Assembly: GCA_963764545.1 (NCBI GenBank)
Contig: CAVXSX010000003.1
Coordinates: 10,300-74,299 of the forward strand
DNA length: 64,000 bases
Origin: an uncultured Solirubrobacterales bacterium
GTDB taxonomy: Bacteria > Actinomycetota > Thermoleophilia > Solirubrobacterales > Solirubrobacteraceae
Reading direction: 5' to 3'
Part shown: positions 40,045-49,805 of the stretch, one piece after another
Layout of the letters: each line of letters begins with the position of its first letter
Position numbering within the stretch: the stretch's first letter is position 1
Translations under genes and position numbers: made by a program
The notes under the pieces: model-generated
The model's input: the letters and a program-made list of their open reading frames with translations, nothing else
What the model was told of the DNA's origin: nothing
Databases searched by the model: none

Positions 40045-42639
40045 ATGACTGCGCACACCGCCACCGAACCCAAGCCCACGCCTCCAGCTCGCCTCCCGCG
40101 AGCGCTTCGGCCTGCTCGCCGCATCCATCCGGTCTGGGGCCTGAACCTGGTGCTGCTGGCCACCGCCGGGGCGCTCTACGCCGGGCCCGGTGCACAAGCT
40201 GGCGGCCGCTCGCGCATCCGCACCTGCCGTGGTGGGTGATCGCGCTGGCCTTCGCCATCGCCGAGCGCTGCGTGGTCCACCTCCACTTCCGCCGTGGCGC
40301 GCACTCGTTCTCGCTCGGAGACATCCCGCTCGTGTTCGGGGTGATCTTCTGCAGCGCGCAGTCATTCGTTATCGGATGCCTGCTCGGCTGCGGTCTCGTG
40401 CTGCTGCTGGACCGGCGCCTGCCGCCGGTGAAGTTCGTGTTCAACATCGGCCAGCTCGCGGTGCACGCCTGCATCGCGATCCTCGTCGCGCACCTGCTCG
40501 CGATCAGCACCGGCCGGGTGGACACACGCACGTGGGTCTCGGCGCTGATCGCCCTGCAGGCCTCCTCGATCGTCGCCTCGTCGCTGATCGCCGCCGCGAT
40601 CTCGCTCTCGGAGGGCCTGGTCAAGCTCTCAACGCTCGCCCGCATGCTCGGCATGGATCTGGTCGTGACCACGAGCAACGCCAGCCTCGGCCTGTGCGGC
40701 GCGGTGATCACGGCGACCGACTCGAACGCGCTGCCCCTGCTGCTCGTCCCGTCGGTCACGCTGTTCGCGGCCTACCGCGCCTACTTGTCCGAGCGCGAGC
40801 GCCACCAGCGCCTGGAGTTCCTCTACGAGGCCAACCGCACGCTGGCCCGCTCGCGGGAGATCGCCCACGCCCTCGAAGGCCTGCTCGTCCGCTCGCTCGA
40901 GGCGTTCCGCGCCGAGCTGGCCGAGATCATCCTGTTCGGCTCCGAGGAGAACCCCTCGCTGCGCACGCTGCTCGGCCCGGGCACGTATCGCGAGTTGATG
41001 GAGCCGGTCGACAGCGAGGTGGCCGACGAGCTGCGCGAGCTGCTCGAGCGCACCGGCGGGGCGATAACCCTTGACTCCCCGTTCGGCGGCGGGCGGCTGC
41101 AGCGCTACCTCGAGGCCCGCGGGGTGACGCACGCGATGGTGGCGCCGCTCCCGGGTGAGGAGCGCGTGATCGGCGCGATCATGCTGGCCAACCGGTTCGG
41201 CGTGGTCCGTTCATTCGACCGCGAGGACCTGCGCCTGCTCGACACGCTGGCCGGCAACGCCAGCGTGGCCCTCCAGTACGACCGCCTGGAGCAGGCGGTC
41301 ACGCAGCTCTCGGTGCTCCAGGAGCAGCTCCACCACCAGGCCTACCACGATCCGCTGACCAGCCTGGCGAACCGGTCGCTGTTCACCGACAAGGTCAAGG
41401 AGACGATCGCGCAGCGCCACGGCGACCTGGCGGTCCTGTTCATCGACCTCGACGACTTCAAGACGATCAACGACAGCCTCGGCCACGCCGCCGGCGACGA
41501 GCTGCTGGTGTCGGTCGCCTCGCGCCTGCGCGTCGTGCCTGCGGCCCGAGGACCTCGTCGCCCGGCTCGGCGGCGACGAGTTCGCGGTCATGGTCGAGGA
41601 CGCCGACGACGCCGAGGCGGCCGCGGTCAAGGTGGCCCGGCGGATCATGGAGGCGTTCGTCCTCCCGGTCGGCGTGGGCTCGGAGAGCGTCGCGGTCTAC
41701 GTGAGCGTGGGAATCGCCACCGGCCAGCGGCGGCAGCGTCCTCGGCCGAGGAGCTGATCCGCGATGCCGACGTGGCCATGTACAAGGCCAAGACGTCCGG
41801 CAAGGGCCACTTCGAGGTGTTCCACCCGAGCATGGGCGCCGCCGTCCTCGAGCGCCACGGCCTCAAGGAAGAGCTGCGACTGGCCATCGAGCGCCAGGAG
41901 CTGACGCTCTACTTCCAGCCGATCGTCGACCTCGACACGGGCCGCCTGGTGGCCGAGGAGGCCCTGGTCCGCTGGCAGCATCCCCGCCGCGGCCTGGTCG
42001 GGCCCTCGGAGTTCGTGCCGCTGGCCGAGGAGACCGGGCTGATCCTGTCGCTCGGCCAGTACGTGCTCGAGGAGGCGTGTCAGCAGGCCAGTCGCTGGGA
42101 GGCGCGACACGAGCGACCGCGCCAGAGCGAGGACTCTGAGGTCGCGGTGCACGTCAACCTCTCCGCTGTCGAGCTGCGCGATCCCGAGCTCGTGGGCCGC
42201 GTGCAACGGACCCTCGCCGAGGCCGCGGTCGATCCGCGCAGCCTGGTGTTCGAGATCACCGAGACCGTCCTGCTCGACGACTCCGAGCGCGTGTCGGCCG
42301 CCATCGGCGAGCTGCGGGCGCTGGGAGTCCGCTTTGCGCTCGATGACTTCGGCACGGGCTACTCGTCGCTCAGCTACCTGCACACCCTGCCGTTCGACAT
42401 GCTGAAGATCGCCAAGTCGTTCGTCGACGGCCTGGCTCGCGGCGGCCGCGAGGCGTCGTTCGTGCGCATGATGATCGAGCTTGCCCGCACCCTCGGGGTG
42501 ACGGTCATCGCCGAGGGCATCGAGACCCAGGAGCAGGTCGACGCGCTGGTCGTGCTCGAGTGCGACCTCGGCCAGGGCTTCCACCTCGGCCGGCCCGAGC
42601 CGGTCCGGACCGAAGCTCGCGCTGCGCCGCGCCGCCTGA
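40045..42639 (+). CDS. Membrane GAF-GGDEF-EAL c-di-GMP cyclase/phosphodiesterase, frameshifted
   Basis: About 6-7 TM helices, GAF, HDPLTSLANR, FIDLDDFK, RLGGDEF (alternate frame near 41562), EEALVRW, EITE, DDFGTGYSSL, AEGIE; 3' end uncertain. Confidence 0.9.
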
Positions 42640-42729
42640 GTCGGGGCGCGGCCCAGATCAGCGCTCATACATACGTCCAGTCACTCTCAGGTTTGGGCAG
42701 GTTTTCGCCGATCACCCTCCCAACAAGGA

Positions 42730-42808
42730 CTGACTGGGGCAAACCCGTCGTGAGGCGGGGGCGCAAAGCCAGGGGTCTCCAGGAACGAGATAGCCCAGCC
42801 GCCAGTTC
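42730..42808 (+). promoter_or_regulatory. c-di-GMP-I (GEMM) riboswitch aptamer, copy 1
   Basis: GGGCAAACC-CGTC-GTGA-GGCG-GGGGCGCAAAGCC..GGTCT..AGATAGCC..GCCGCCAG matches GEMM-I architecture (GNRA loop, GCAAA segments). Confidence 0.85.
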
Positions 42809-42821
42809 TCGAGTAATTTCA

Positions 42822-42909
42822 GACTGCTCAGGGCAAACCCGTCGTGAGGCGGGGGCGCAAAGCCAGGGGTCTCGCGAACAAGCGAGATGGCCCAGCCGCC
42901 AGTTGAGTC
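42822..42909 (+). promoter_or_regulatory. c-di-GMP-I (GEMM) riboswitch aptamer, copy 2
   Basis: 43-nt core 42831..42873 identical to 42737..42779; differs mainly in the distal P3 loop and P1. Confidence 0.85.
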
Positions 42910-42947
42910 ACTGGTTAGTGGTTTTGCGACACGGAGGTTGCCCTGAA

Positions 42948-44641
42948 ATGACACGTTCTGTCCAAATCGTCGAGCGCATGCGGTGGATGTCCGCACTCGC
43001 CGGCGCTGCCATCCTGGCGCTCGCCGTCGGCCTCGCGCTCGCGGTTTCCGGCGGACAGCTCCGGGCCGTTGTGCCGGGCGCCTCGCTGCGGCCCCCACGG
43101 CGGGTGGCTCGTCGGCTCCGCTCGATCCGCGCATCGCCACGCTCGCCGGTCGTCATCCCGAGCGCGAGCGTTCAGGCGATCATCCAGTTCAACGCGCCGG
43201 TGAGCGAGGCTCGGGCGCAGGCCGACGCCAAGGCCCACGGGCGGATCATCGGCAACCTGCCGATCATCCACGGGCTGGCCATCCAGACCACCGCCGCCCA
43301 GGCTCGGGCGCTTGCCGGTAACCCGGATGTGCACGCGGTGTCACTGAACGGTACGGTCACCACGCAGAGCATGCCCTTCGGGGGTCACCTCCCGATGATG
43401 CCGGGCAGCCATAGCGTGTCGGGCGATCAGCTTCAGACCACGTATGACCAGACGCTGGGTGTCACCCCGCTGTGGAGGTTCGGTGTCACCGGCACCGGCG
43501 TCGGCGTCGCGGTGATCGACACTGGCATCGACGGCGTCACTGCCGGACTTCGCCGCCGGATAACGGAAATCACTCGCGTGTCATCGTCAGCGCGGTCGAC
43601 AACTCGCAGGCCACCACCGCCGATGACAGCTACGGCCACGGCACCGACGTGGCCGGGATCATCGCCGGCAACGGCAACAACCGTCCCGGCTCGGACTCCC
43701 TGCGCGGTCAGTACGCCGGTGTGGCACCGAACTCCAACCTGGTCTCGATCAAGGTGGCCGACGAGTCCGGCGCGACCAGCGTCCTGGACGTGATCTACGG
43801 CCTGCAGTTCGCGGTCGAGCACCAGGCCCAGTACAACATCCGCATCGTCAACCTGTCACTGGACTCGGCCACCCCGCAGTCCTACAAGACCGACCCGCTG
43901 GATGCCGCGGTCGAGGCGACCTGGCTGCACGGCATCGTGGTCGTGGCTGCCGCCGGCAACCGCGGCAACGCGCCCGACGCCGTCCAGTACTCGCCGGCCA
44001 ACGACCCGTACGTGATCACGGTAGGCGGCGTGGACGAGAACGGCACGGCTGACCCGAGCAACGACACCATCGCCTCGTGGTCGAGCCAGGGCACCACGCA
44101 GGACGGCGTCCAGAAGCCGGACGTGTACGCGCCGGGCGCCCACATCGTCTCGGTGCTGGCGCCGAACAGCGAGTTCGCCAACAGCAACTGCGGCTGCCTG
44201 GTGGCGAGCAACCAGTACATCCAGACCAGCGGCACGTCGATGGCGGCTCCGATGATCGCCGGCCTCGCGGCCGATCTGCTCCAGGTGCACCCGAACTGGA
44301 CGCCGGATCAGATCAAGGGCGACCTGACCGCCGCTTCGGTCAGCGAGAACTCGTCGGTGCAGGAGCCCAACGCGGTCAAGGCGGTGCTCAACTGGAACCC
44401 GCCGGTGGCCGATCAGGGCCTCACCCCGAGCAGCCTGATCTCCGCCGACAACGGCAAGATCAACATCTCGCTGGCGACCTGGAGCCTGGCGACCTGGAGC
44501 CGGGCCAACGGCGCCCTACGCGCGGGGTTCGCGGGCTCGAGCTACGACTGCAAGAGCTGCTCGGCCACGAGCGGCACCGCGGTGAACGGCAGCCTGGCGA
44601 CGTGGAACCTCGCCTCGTGGAGCACGGTCGGCCAGAACTAG
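42948..44641 (+). CDS. Secreted S8 subtilisin-like serine peptidase, frameshifted
   Basis: GGAGG plus ATG, signal peptide, VAVIDTG (Asp), GHGTDVAG (His), AAAGN, SGTSMA (Ser). Confidence 0.92.
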
Positions 44642-44673
44642 ACCAACTTTCGGTTGGGGGATCGAACGAAGGA

Positions 44674-44714
44674 GACCGGCGGTGGGGCTGCATCCCTGCC
44701 GCCGGTCGCTTTTT
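44674..44714 (+). terminator. Rho-independent terminator
   Basis: GACCGGCGG...CCGCCGGTC hairpin followed by GCTTTTT. Confidence 0.75.
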
Positions 44715-45021
44715 AAGCGCCTACCGGCAGCGCCACACAACGCAGCCGTGTGACGTGCCCCGAGCGCAGCAGCCGGTTGAGCCGCTCGAGGATCGCCGGG
44801 GACATCAGGTCGAGCTCCTGGGCCCACACCGAGGCTGAGCAGGACACGGTCACGACACCGGCCCGCTCGCCCGTCGGCTGGGCCTCCTGGGCGATCACCG
44901 GCCCGACCGCGGTCAGCCAGGCTCGTTGTACATCGGCCAGCAGGCTCTCGGGCGCGAGCTCGTCGCGGATCTCGTCGAGGGCCAGGGCCATGGGGCGGGG
45001 GCTGCGGCGGTAAGCGGTCAT
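44713..45021 (-). CDS. dciA: DUF721/DciA family protein
   Basis: W..AVG..IA, VSCSASVWAQEL; position after recF. Confidence 0.85.
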   Translation of the reverse strand: MTAYRRSPRPMALALDEIRDELAPESLLADVQRAWLTAVGPVIAQEAQPTGERAGVVTVSCSASVWAQELDLMSPAILERLNRLLRSGHVTRLRCVALPVGA

Positions 45022-45031
45022 CGGACGGAGG

Positions 45032-46135
45032 TCATTCGGTGGCCATGGCCAGCAGCCGGCCGTCCGCCACCGCGAGGTGGGTCACGTCGGAGTCCGTGCC
45101 CCCCGGCACGTGCTCGAGGTCGGTGGTGGTGATCACCGACTGCCCCGGGCACGCGCGCAGCAGGTCGACCAGGGCCTGGCGGCGGTCGCGATCGAGCTCG
45201 CTCATCACATCGTCGAGCAACATCAACGGCGGAGCGGGACGGTGATCGGCGATCGCCTCCCGCTCGGCCAGGAGCAGCGCGAGCAGCGCCAGTCGCTGCT
45301 GGCCCTGAGAGCCGTAGGAGCGCAGGTCGTGGCCACCGTGGACGGTGGCCAGATCGTCGCGGTGGGGGCCGTGGCCGCTGAAGCCTCGCTCGAGGTCGAC
45401 CTCGACGCGCTCGGCCAGCTCGGCAGCCAGCTGCTCGGAGTCGGTGGCGTGCGAGCGCGGCCGGTAGGACACCTTGGGCTGGCCATCGAGTCCAAGCTCC
45501 TCGCCGAGCCGCTCGAAAGGCTCGGTGATCAGTTCGACGGCGCGGCGGCGGTCGTCCATCAGCGCGACGCCATGGAGCGCGAGCTGGGCGTCCCAGCTCC
45601 TCAGCGAGTCGCGCCCACCGCGTCCGGCGCGGATGCGCGCGATCAGCGCGTTTCGCTGGGCCAGGGCCTGGCCGTAGAGCCGGCGGGTGGCCACCCGCGC
45701 CGGCCACAGCGCGCCCACGAACTGGTCGAGGTGCGCACGGCGCACGACCGGCGCACCCTTGATCAGCTCGAGCCGGTCGGGCAGGAACACGCTGATCAGA
45801 GGGCGGCTCGAAACATCCAACAACCGCTCGACGCTCGCGCCATCGGCGCGCATGACCTTGGGCTGGCCGGCCGTGAACCCGACCGTTAGCTCATGGCGGC
45901 CGTCGTCGTCCTGGCAGCTCAGGACCGTGCGCGTGGTCCCCGCGCCGAACCGGATCACCTCGCGCTCGTTGTTGGTCCGACAGGACCGGGCGGTGCACGC
46001 GAAGTACAGCCCCTCGAGCAGGTTGGTCTTACCGGCGCCGTTGGGACCGGTGACCACGGTGAGGCCCTCGCCCAGCTCGACGTGGGCGTGGTCGTAGCCG
46101 CGGAAGTCGCGCAGGTGGAGCGTGAGGACCTGCAC
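45032..46135 (-). CDS. recF: DNA replication/repair protein RecF
   Basis: GPNGAGKTN, GPHRDD, GSQGQQR, LLDDVMSELD. Confidence 0.96.
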   Translation of the reverse strand: MQVLTLHLRDFRGYDHAHVELGEGLTVVTGPNGAGKTNLLEGLYFACTARSCRTNNEREVIRFGAGTTRTVLSCQDDDGRHELTVGFTAGQPKVMRADGASVERLLDVSSRPLISVFLPDRLELIKGAPVVRRAHLDQFVGALWPARVATRRLYGQALAQRNALIARIRAGRGGRDSLRSWDAQLALHGVALMDDRRRAVELITEPFERLGEELGLDGQPKVSYRPRSHATDSEQLAAELAERVEVDLERGFSGHGPHRDDLATVHGGHDLRSYGSQGQQRLALLALLLAEREAIADHRPAPPLMLLDDVMSELDRDRRQALVDLLRACPGQSVITTTDLEHVPGGTDSDVTHLAVADGRLLAMATE

Positions 46136-46146
46136 GCCGCCCGCTC

Positions 46147-47256
46147 CTACACGTTGAGGCGAATCGGCATGATCAGGTACCGGAAGCGGCTCTCGTCTCC
46201 GGACTCGAGGAGTCCGGGACGGAGCGGGCTGATCAGCTTCACCACTACGTCGCCCTCCTCGATCGCCTCCAGCCCGGCGCGCAGGAAGTCCGGGTTGAAG
46301 CCGATCTCGAGCGGCTCGCCCTGGAACGCCACCGGCAGCGATTCGCGCGCCTCGCCGATGTCCGGAGTCTGCGCGGAGATGGTCAGCTCACCCGGCGCGA
46401 ACGACAGCCGCAGCGGCGCATTCTTCTGAGCCAGCAGGCTGATCCGGCGCACGACCTCGGTCAACTCCGTGCCGGCCAGCCGGAGCTCGTGCTCGAACGT
46501 CTCGGGCACGAGCTGGCGGTAGTTGGGGAACTGGCCGTCGATCAACCGCGAGGACAGGATCACGCCGTCGAGCTCGAACAGGATCTGGTTCTGGCGCACG
46601 CTGATCCGAAGCTGCTCGTCCTCGGCATGGCCGGCCACGCGGGCGAGCTCCTGGAGCGCCCGCGCCGGGACGTTCACCTCGAAGCCCGAGGGGAGGGCGG
46701 CCTCGAGTGCGGTCTCCTTGACGCTCAGGCGGTAGGAGTCGGTAGCCACCATGCGCAGTTCGCGGTCGGACGCCGAGACGAGGATCCCGGTCAGGACCGG
46801 GCGGGTCTCGTCACGCGAGGCGGAATTGGCCACCTTGAGTGCGGTCGAGACGAACGCCTCCACCGGGAGCTCGACCGCAGAATCGGAGTCGGGCTCCGGG
46901 AAGGGCGGGAAGTCCTCGGCGCGAAGCGTCCGGATGTGGAACGTGGCGCTGCCCGAGACCAGCTCGACGTCCTGCTCGGACGCGCGGAGTTCGAGCGAGA
47001 CCTCGGCGGCCGGCAACAGCCGGACGACGTCGAGGATGAGGCGGGCGGGCAGCACGACGACGCCTTCGCGGATCACCTCGGCTTCTACCGGGACCCGTAG
47101 GCCGACGTCCATGTCTGTGGCGCGGAGCTCGCAACCGTCGGAGGAGGCAGCCAGCTGAACCCCCGAGAGCGCCTGGATCGCGCTGCGTGTGGAGGCAACT
47201 CGGCTGACGGTCTGCAGTTGTCGGAGCAGGGCCTCGCGCTCCAAGGAGATCTTCAC
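46147..47256 (-). CDS. dnaN: DNA polymerase III beta clamp
   Basis: ATD, RPVLTG, ATDSYRL, SRLIDGQFPNY, YLIMPIR. Confidence 0.97.
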   Translation of the reverse strand: MKISLEREALLRQLQTVSRVASTRSAIQALSGVQLAASSDGCELRATDMDVGLRVPVEAEVIREGVVVLPARLILDVVRLLPAAEVSLELRASEQDVELVSGSATFHIRTLRAEDFPPFPEPDSDSAVELPVEAFVSTALKVANSASRDETRPVLTGILVSASDRELRMVATDSYRLSVKETALEAALPSGFEVNVPARALQELARVAGHAEDEQLRISVRQNQILFELDGVILSSRLIDGQFPNYRQLVPETFEHELRLAGTELTEVVRRISLLAQKNAPLRLSFAPGELTISAQTPDIGEARESLPVAFQGEPLEIGFNPDFLRAGLEAIEEGDVVVKLISPLRPGLLESGDESRFRYLIMPIRLNV

Positions 47257-47302
47257 GATGAATACCTCAGGTGGGATGTAGAAGTCATAGGGGGCTTGAA
47301 GA

Positions 47303-47311
47303 TGTGGAAAA
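47303..47311. promoter_or_regulatory. DnaA-box-like 9-mer in the dnaA-dnaN spacer (candidate oriC part)
   Basis: TGTGGAAAA, one mismatch to TGTGGATAA. Confidence 0.45.
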
Positions 47312-47370
47312 CCCCTCGATTGGCCGCATCGAGCGGGATAGATGGCGTGTGAAGGGAACAGGCAAGTCTG

Positions 47371-48729
47371 TCAACGGGAGCGGTCGTCATGCCGCTCAGT
47401 GACCGTGGCCGTCAGATCTCCGAGCTCGTGAACGATGTGTGGGTCATTTCCCACACGCTCTTCGACACGCTTACAGGCGTGCAGGACCGTGGCGTGGTTG
47501 CGACCACCGAAGGCCTCGCCGATGGCCTGGAGGGAAGCGCTGGTCAGCTCGCGGGCCAGATGGATCGCCACGTGACGCGGCCAGCTCAGGCGGGCGACCC
47601 GGCTGGCCGACTTGAGCTCGGCGATGCTCACGCCATAGTGCAGCGCGACGGTGGCCTGGATGTCTTCGACCGAGACCGCGGCTCGCTCGGCGCGGGGATG
47701 GATCTCGTCGAGCACGGTCTCGGCCAGGCGTACGTCGATCGGCAGTTGGGTGAGCGAGTGGTAGGCCACGACCCGGATCAGCGCACCCTCGAGCTGGCGG
47801 ACGTTGTCGGTAACGCGGTCGGCGATCAGCTCGAGCACGGACTGGTCGTCGATGTGGACGTGGTCGAGGGCTGCGCGCTTGCGCAGGATGGCCACGCGCG
47901 TGGCGAAGTCGGGTGGCCGGATAACCGCCACCAGGCCTGACGCGAAGCGCTCGCGCAACCGCTCCTCGACCGATACGAGCTGACTGGGGAGCCGGTCGCA
48001 GGTGAGGACGAGCTGCCGACCCGTCTCGTAGACGGCGTTGAAGGTGTGGAAGAACTCCTCCTCGGTCTTCGCCTTGCTGGCCAGGAACTGGACGTCGTCG
48101 ATGAGAAGCACGTCGGCGTCGCGATAGGCCTGCTTGAAGTGGTCCAGGGATCGAGCGCCGAGCGCGCGGATGAACTGGTTGGTGAATGTCTCGACGGTCG
48201 TGTAGCGGACCCGTGCGCCGCTGCCGAACGCCCTGACGTAGTTGCCGATGGCGTGCAGCAGATGAGTCTTCCCGAGGCCCGGGGGGGCGTGGAGGAACAG
48301 CGGGTTGTAGGCCTGGCCGGGGTGTTCCGCGACCGCCAACGCCGCGGCATGGGCCAGGCGGTTGCCGTCGCCGATGATGAACTGGTCGAAGCTGTAGCGA
48401 GGGTTCAGCGGGGTGCCGGCGTCGAGGTCGACCGAACCTGCGCGGGTGCCAGCCCGGCCGGCGGGGGCGTTGCCCGGGCTCGCGAGCTCCACCTCGAAGT
48501 CGGTGCCGAGGACGCGTCTGGCGCAGCCCTCGAGGACTCGCCCGAAACGTTTGGCGAGCCACGCACGGGTGCCGGCGGGCGCCTCGATTACCAGTCGCCG
48601 GTCCTGGAGCGATCGCAGCTCCAGGGGCTCGAGCCAGATCTCGAACGTCGACTCGCCTACGGTCCGCCGGAGCTCTGCGCGGAGCTCGCGCCAGGCAGCG
48701 GTGGGCTCGAGGTGCACGGACAGCGGCAA
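47371..48729 (-). CDS. dnaA: Chromosomal replication initiator DnaA
   Basis: LNPRYSFDQF, YNPLF, GLGKTHL, LIDDVQF, EEFFHTFN, NVRQLEG; probable TTG start after AAGGGG. Confidence 0.96.
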   Translation of the reverse strand: MPLSVHLEPTAAWRELRAELRRTVGESTFEIWLEPLELRSLQDRRLVIEAPAGTRAWLAKRFGRVLEGCARRVLGTDFEVELASPGNAPAGRAGTRAGSVDLDAGTPLNPRYSFDQFIIGDGNRLAHAAALAVAEHPGQAYNPLFLHAPPGLGKTHLLHAIGNYVRAFGSGARVRYTTVETFTNQFIRALGARSLDHFKQAYRDADVLLIDDVQFLASKAKTEEEFFHTFNAVYETGRQLVLTCDRLPSQLVSVEERLRERFASGLVAVIRPPDFATRVAILRKRAALDHVHIDDQSVLELIADRVTDNVRQLEGALIRVVAYHSLTQLPIDVRLAETVLDEIHPRAERAAVSVEDIQATVALHYGVSIAELKSASRVARLSWPRHVAIHLARELTSASLQAIGEAFGGRNHATVLHACKRVEERVGNDPHIVHELGDLTATVTERHDDRSR

Positions 48730-48897
48730 GCGACCCCTTGCGGGATGAGGAGAGGACAATTGGCGAGGGAGGGCCGGCGACGGCGCCCCGGGGTGCGCGA
48801 ATATACCAGCGGCGCGCGGGTCGGATTTCGGCTGTTCGGGGCCTTGGACGCAAAGCGCGACAAAAAGCGAAGCGACGTCTTCACGAGGCCGAAGCCG

Positions 48898-48906
48898 GTG
48901 GGATAA
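48898..48906. promoter_or_regulatory. Weak DnaA-box-like site between dnaA and rpmH
   Basis: GTGGGATAA. Confidence 0.3.
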
Positions 48907-48987
48907 GAGGCCGCCGGACGCCATCCTGTGGTGCCCGAATCGACGCTGCGTATACTGGCCATCAGTCCCGCTCCGGGGTCGTGAGCC

Positions 48988-49122
48988 ATGAAACGCACCT
49001 ACCAGCCGAAGAAGCGCAAGCGCGCACGTACGCACGGGTTTCGCACCCGGATGCGCACCCGCGCCGGCCGGCTCACGCTCAAGCGCCGGCGCGCGAAGGG
49101 TCGCAAGCGCCTGACGGTCTGA
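48988..49122 (+). CDS. rpmH: 50S ribosomal protein L34
   Basis: Manual translation [44 protein letters not shown]. Confidence 0.98.
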   Translation: MKRTYQPKKRKRARTHGFRTRMRTRAGRLTLKRRRAKGRKRLTV

Positions 49123-49517
49123 TGGTGGGCCTGCCGGGGGCTCGTCCGCGGGTCGGGCGGGGGCGCCTGTCGCGGAGCGCCGACTTCGATCGCGTGTTCC
49201 GCCAGGGTCGCTCGCACGCCGGCCGGGAGCTTGTGCTCTACGTGTTTCCCCGCGGCGAGGGCGATCCGCCCCGGCTCGGCCTGTCGGTCTCCCGGAAGGT
49301 GGGCGGAGCGGTGCAGCGCAACCGGGTCAAGCGGCTGCTGCGAGAGGCATTCGACCTCGACGGCGGCCGGCTGCCGCCGGGTACCGACGCCGTGGTCGTC
49401 GCCCGGCATGAAGCAAACGCTCTGGCTGAACGTGAGGGGCTGGACGGGATTCGCCGCGCCCTCGGTCAGCTGCTAAATCACGTGGCCGAGCCCGCCGGCG
49501 GCGAGGGAAAATCGTGA
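49122..49517 (+). CDS. rnpA: RNase P protein component
   Basis: RLSRSADFDRVF, RLGLSVSRKVGGAVQRNRVKR. Confidence 0.95.
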   Translation: MVGLPGARPRVGRGRLSRSADFDRVFRQGRSHAGRELVLYVFPRGEGDPPRLGLSVSRKVGGAVQRNRVKRLLREAFDLDGGRLPPGTDAVVVARHEANALAEREGLDGIRRALGQLLNHVAEPAGGEGKS

Positions 49518-49542
49518 TGCACACCGTTGCCGGGTCACCGCG

Positions 49543-49803
49543 ATGAAGGTGATTCGCTGGCTCGCGATCCTCCCGATTCGGGTCTATCAAAAGCTGCTTT
49601 CGCCGCTGATCGGGCAGCGCTGCCGGTATTACCCCTCGTGCTCGGAATATGCCGCGCAGGCCATTGGCAGATTCGGCATACTCCGAGGGCTTGTCCTGGC
49701 CGGCTGGCGGCTACTCAGGTGCAACCCCTGGAGTGACGGGGGTTTTGACCCCGTCGAGGACCAGCGACTGTTCAAGCCCCGAGCCCCGGCTCCCAGCGCC
49801 TGA
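49543..49803 (+). CDS. yidD: Membrane protein insertion efficiency factor YidD
   Basis: CRYYPSCSEY, RLLRCNPW..GG.DPV. Confidence 0.95.
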   Translation: MKVIRWLAILPIRVYQKLLSPLIGQRCRYYPSCSEYAAQAIGRFGILRGLVLAGWRLLRCNPWSDGGFDPVEDQRLFKPRAPAPSA

Positions 49804-49805
49804 CC

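Noticed and set aside
42737-42873. Identical repeats as a mini CRISPR array
   Set aside because: Only two units, no cas genes, and the sequence matches GEMM-I riboswitch architecture
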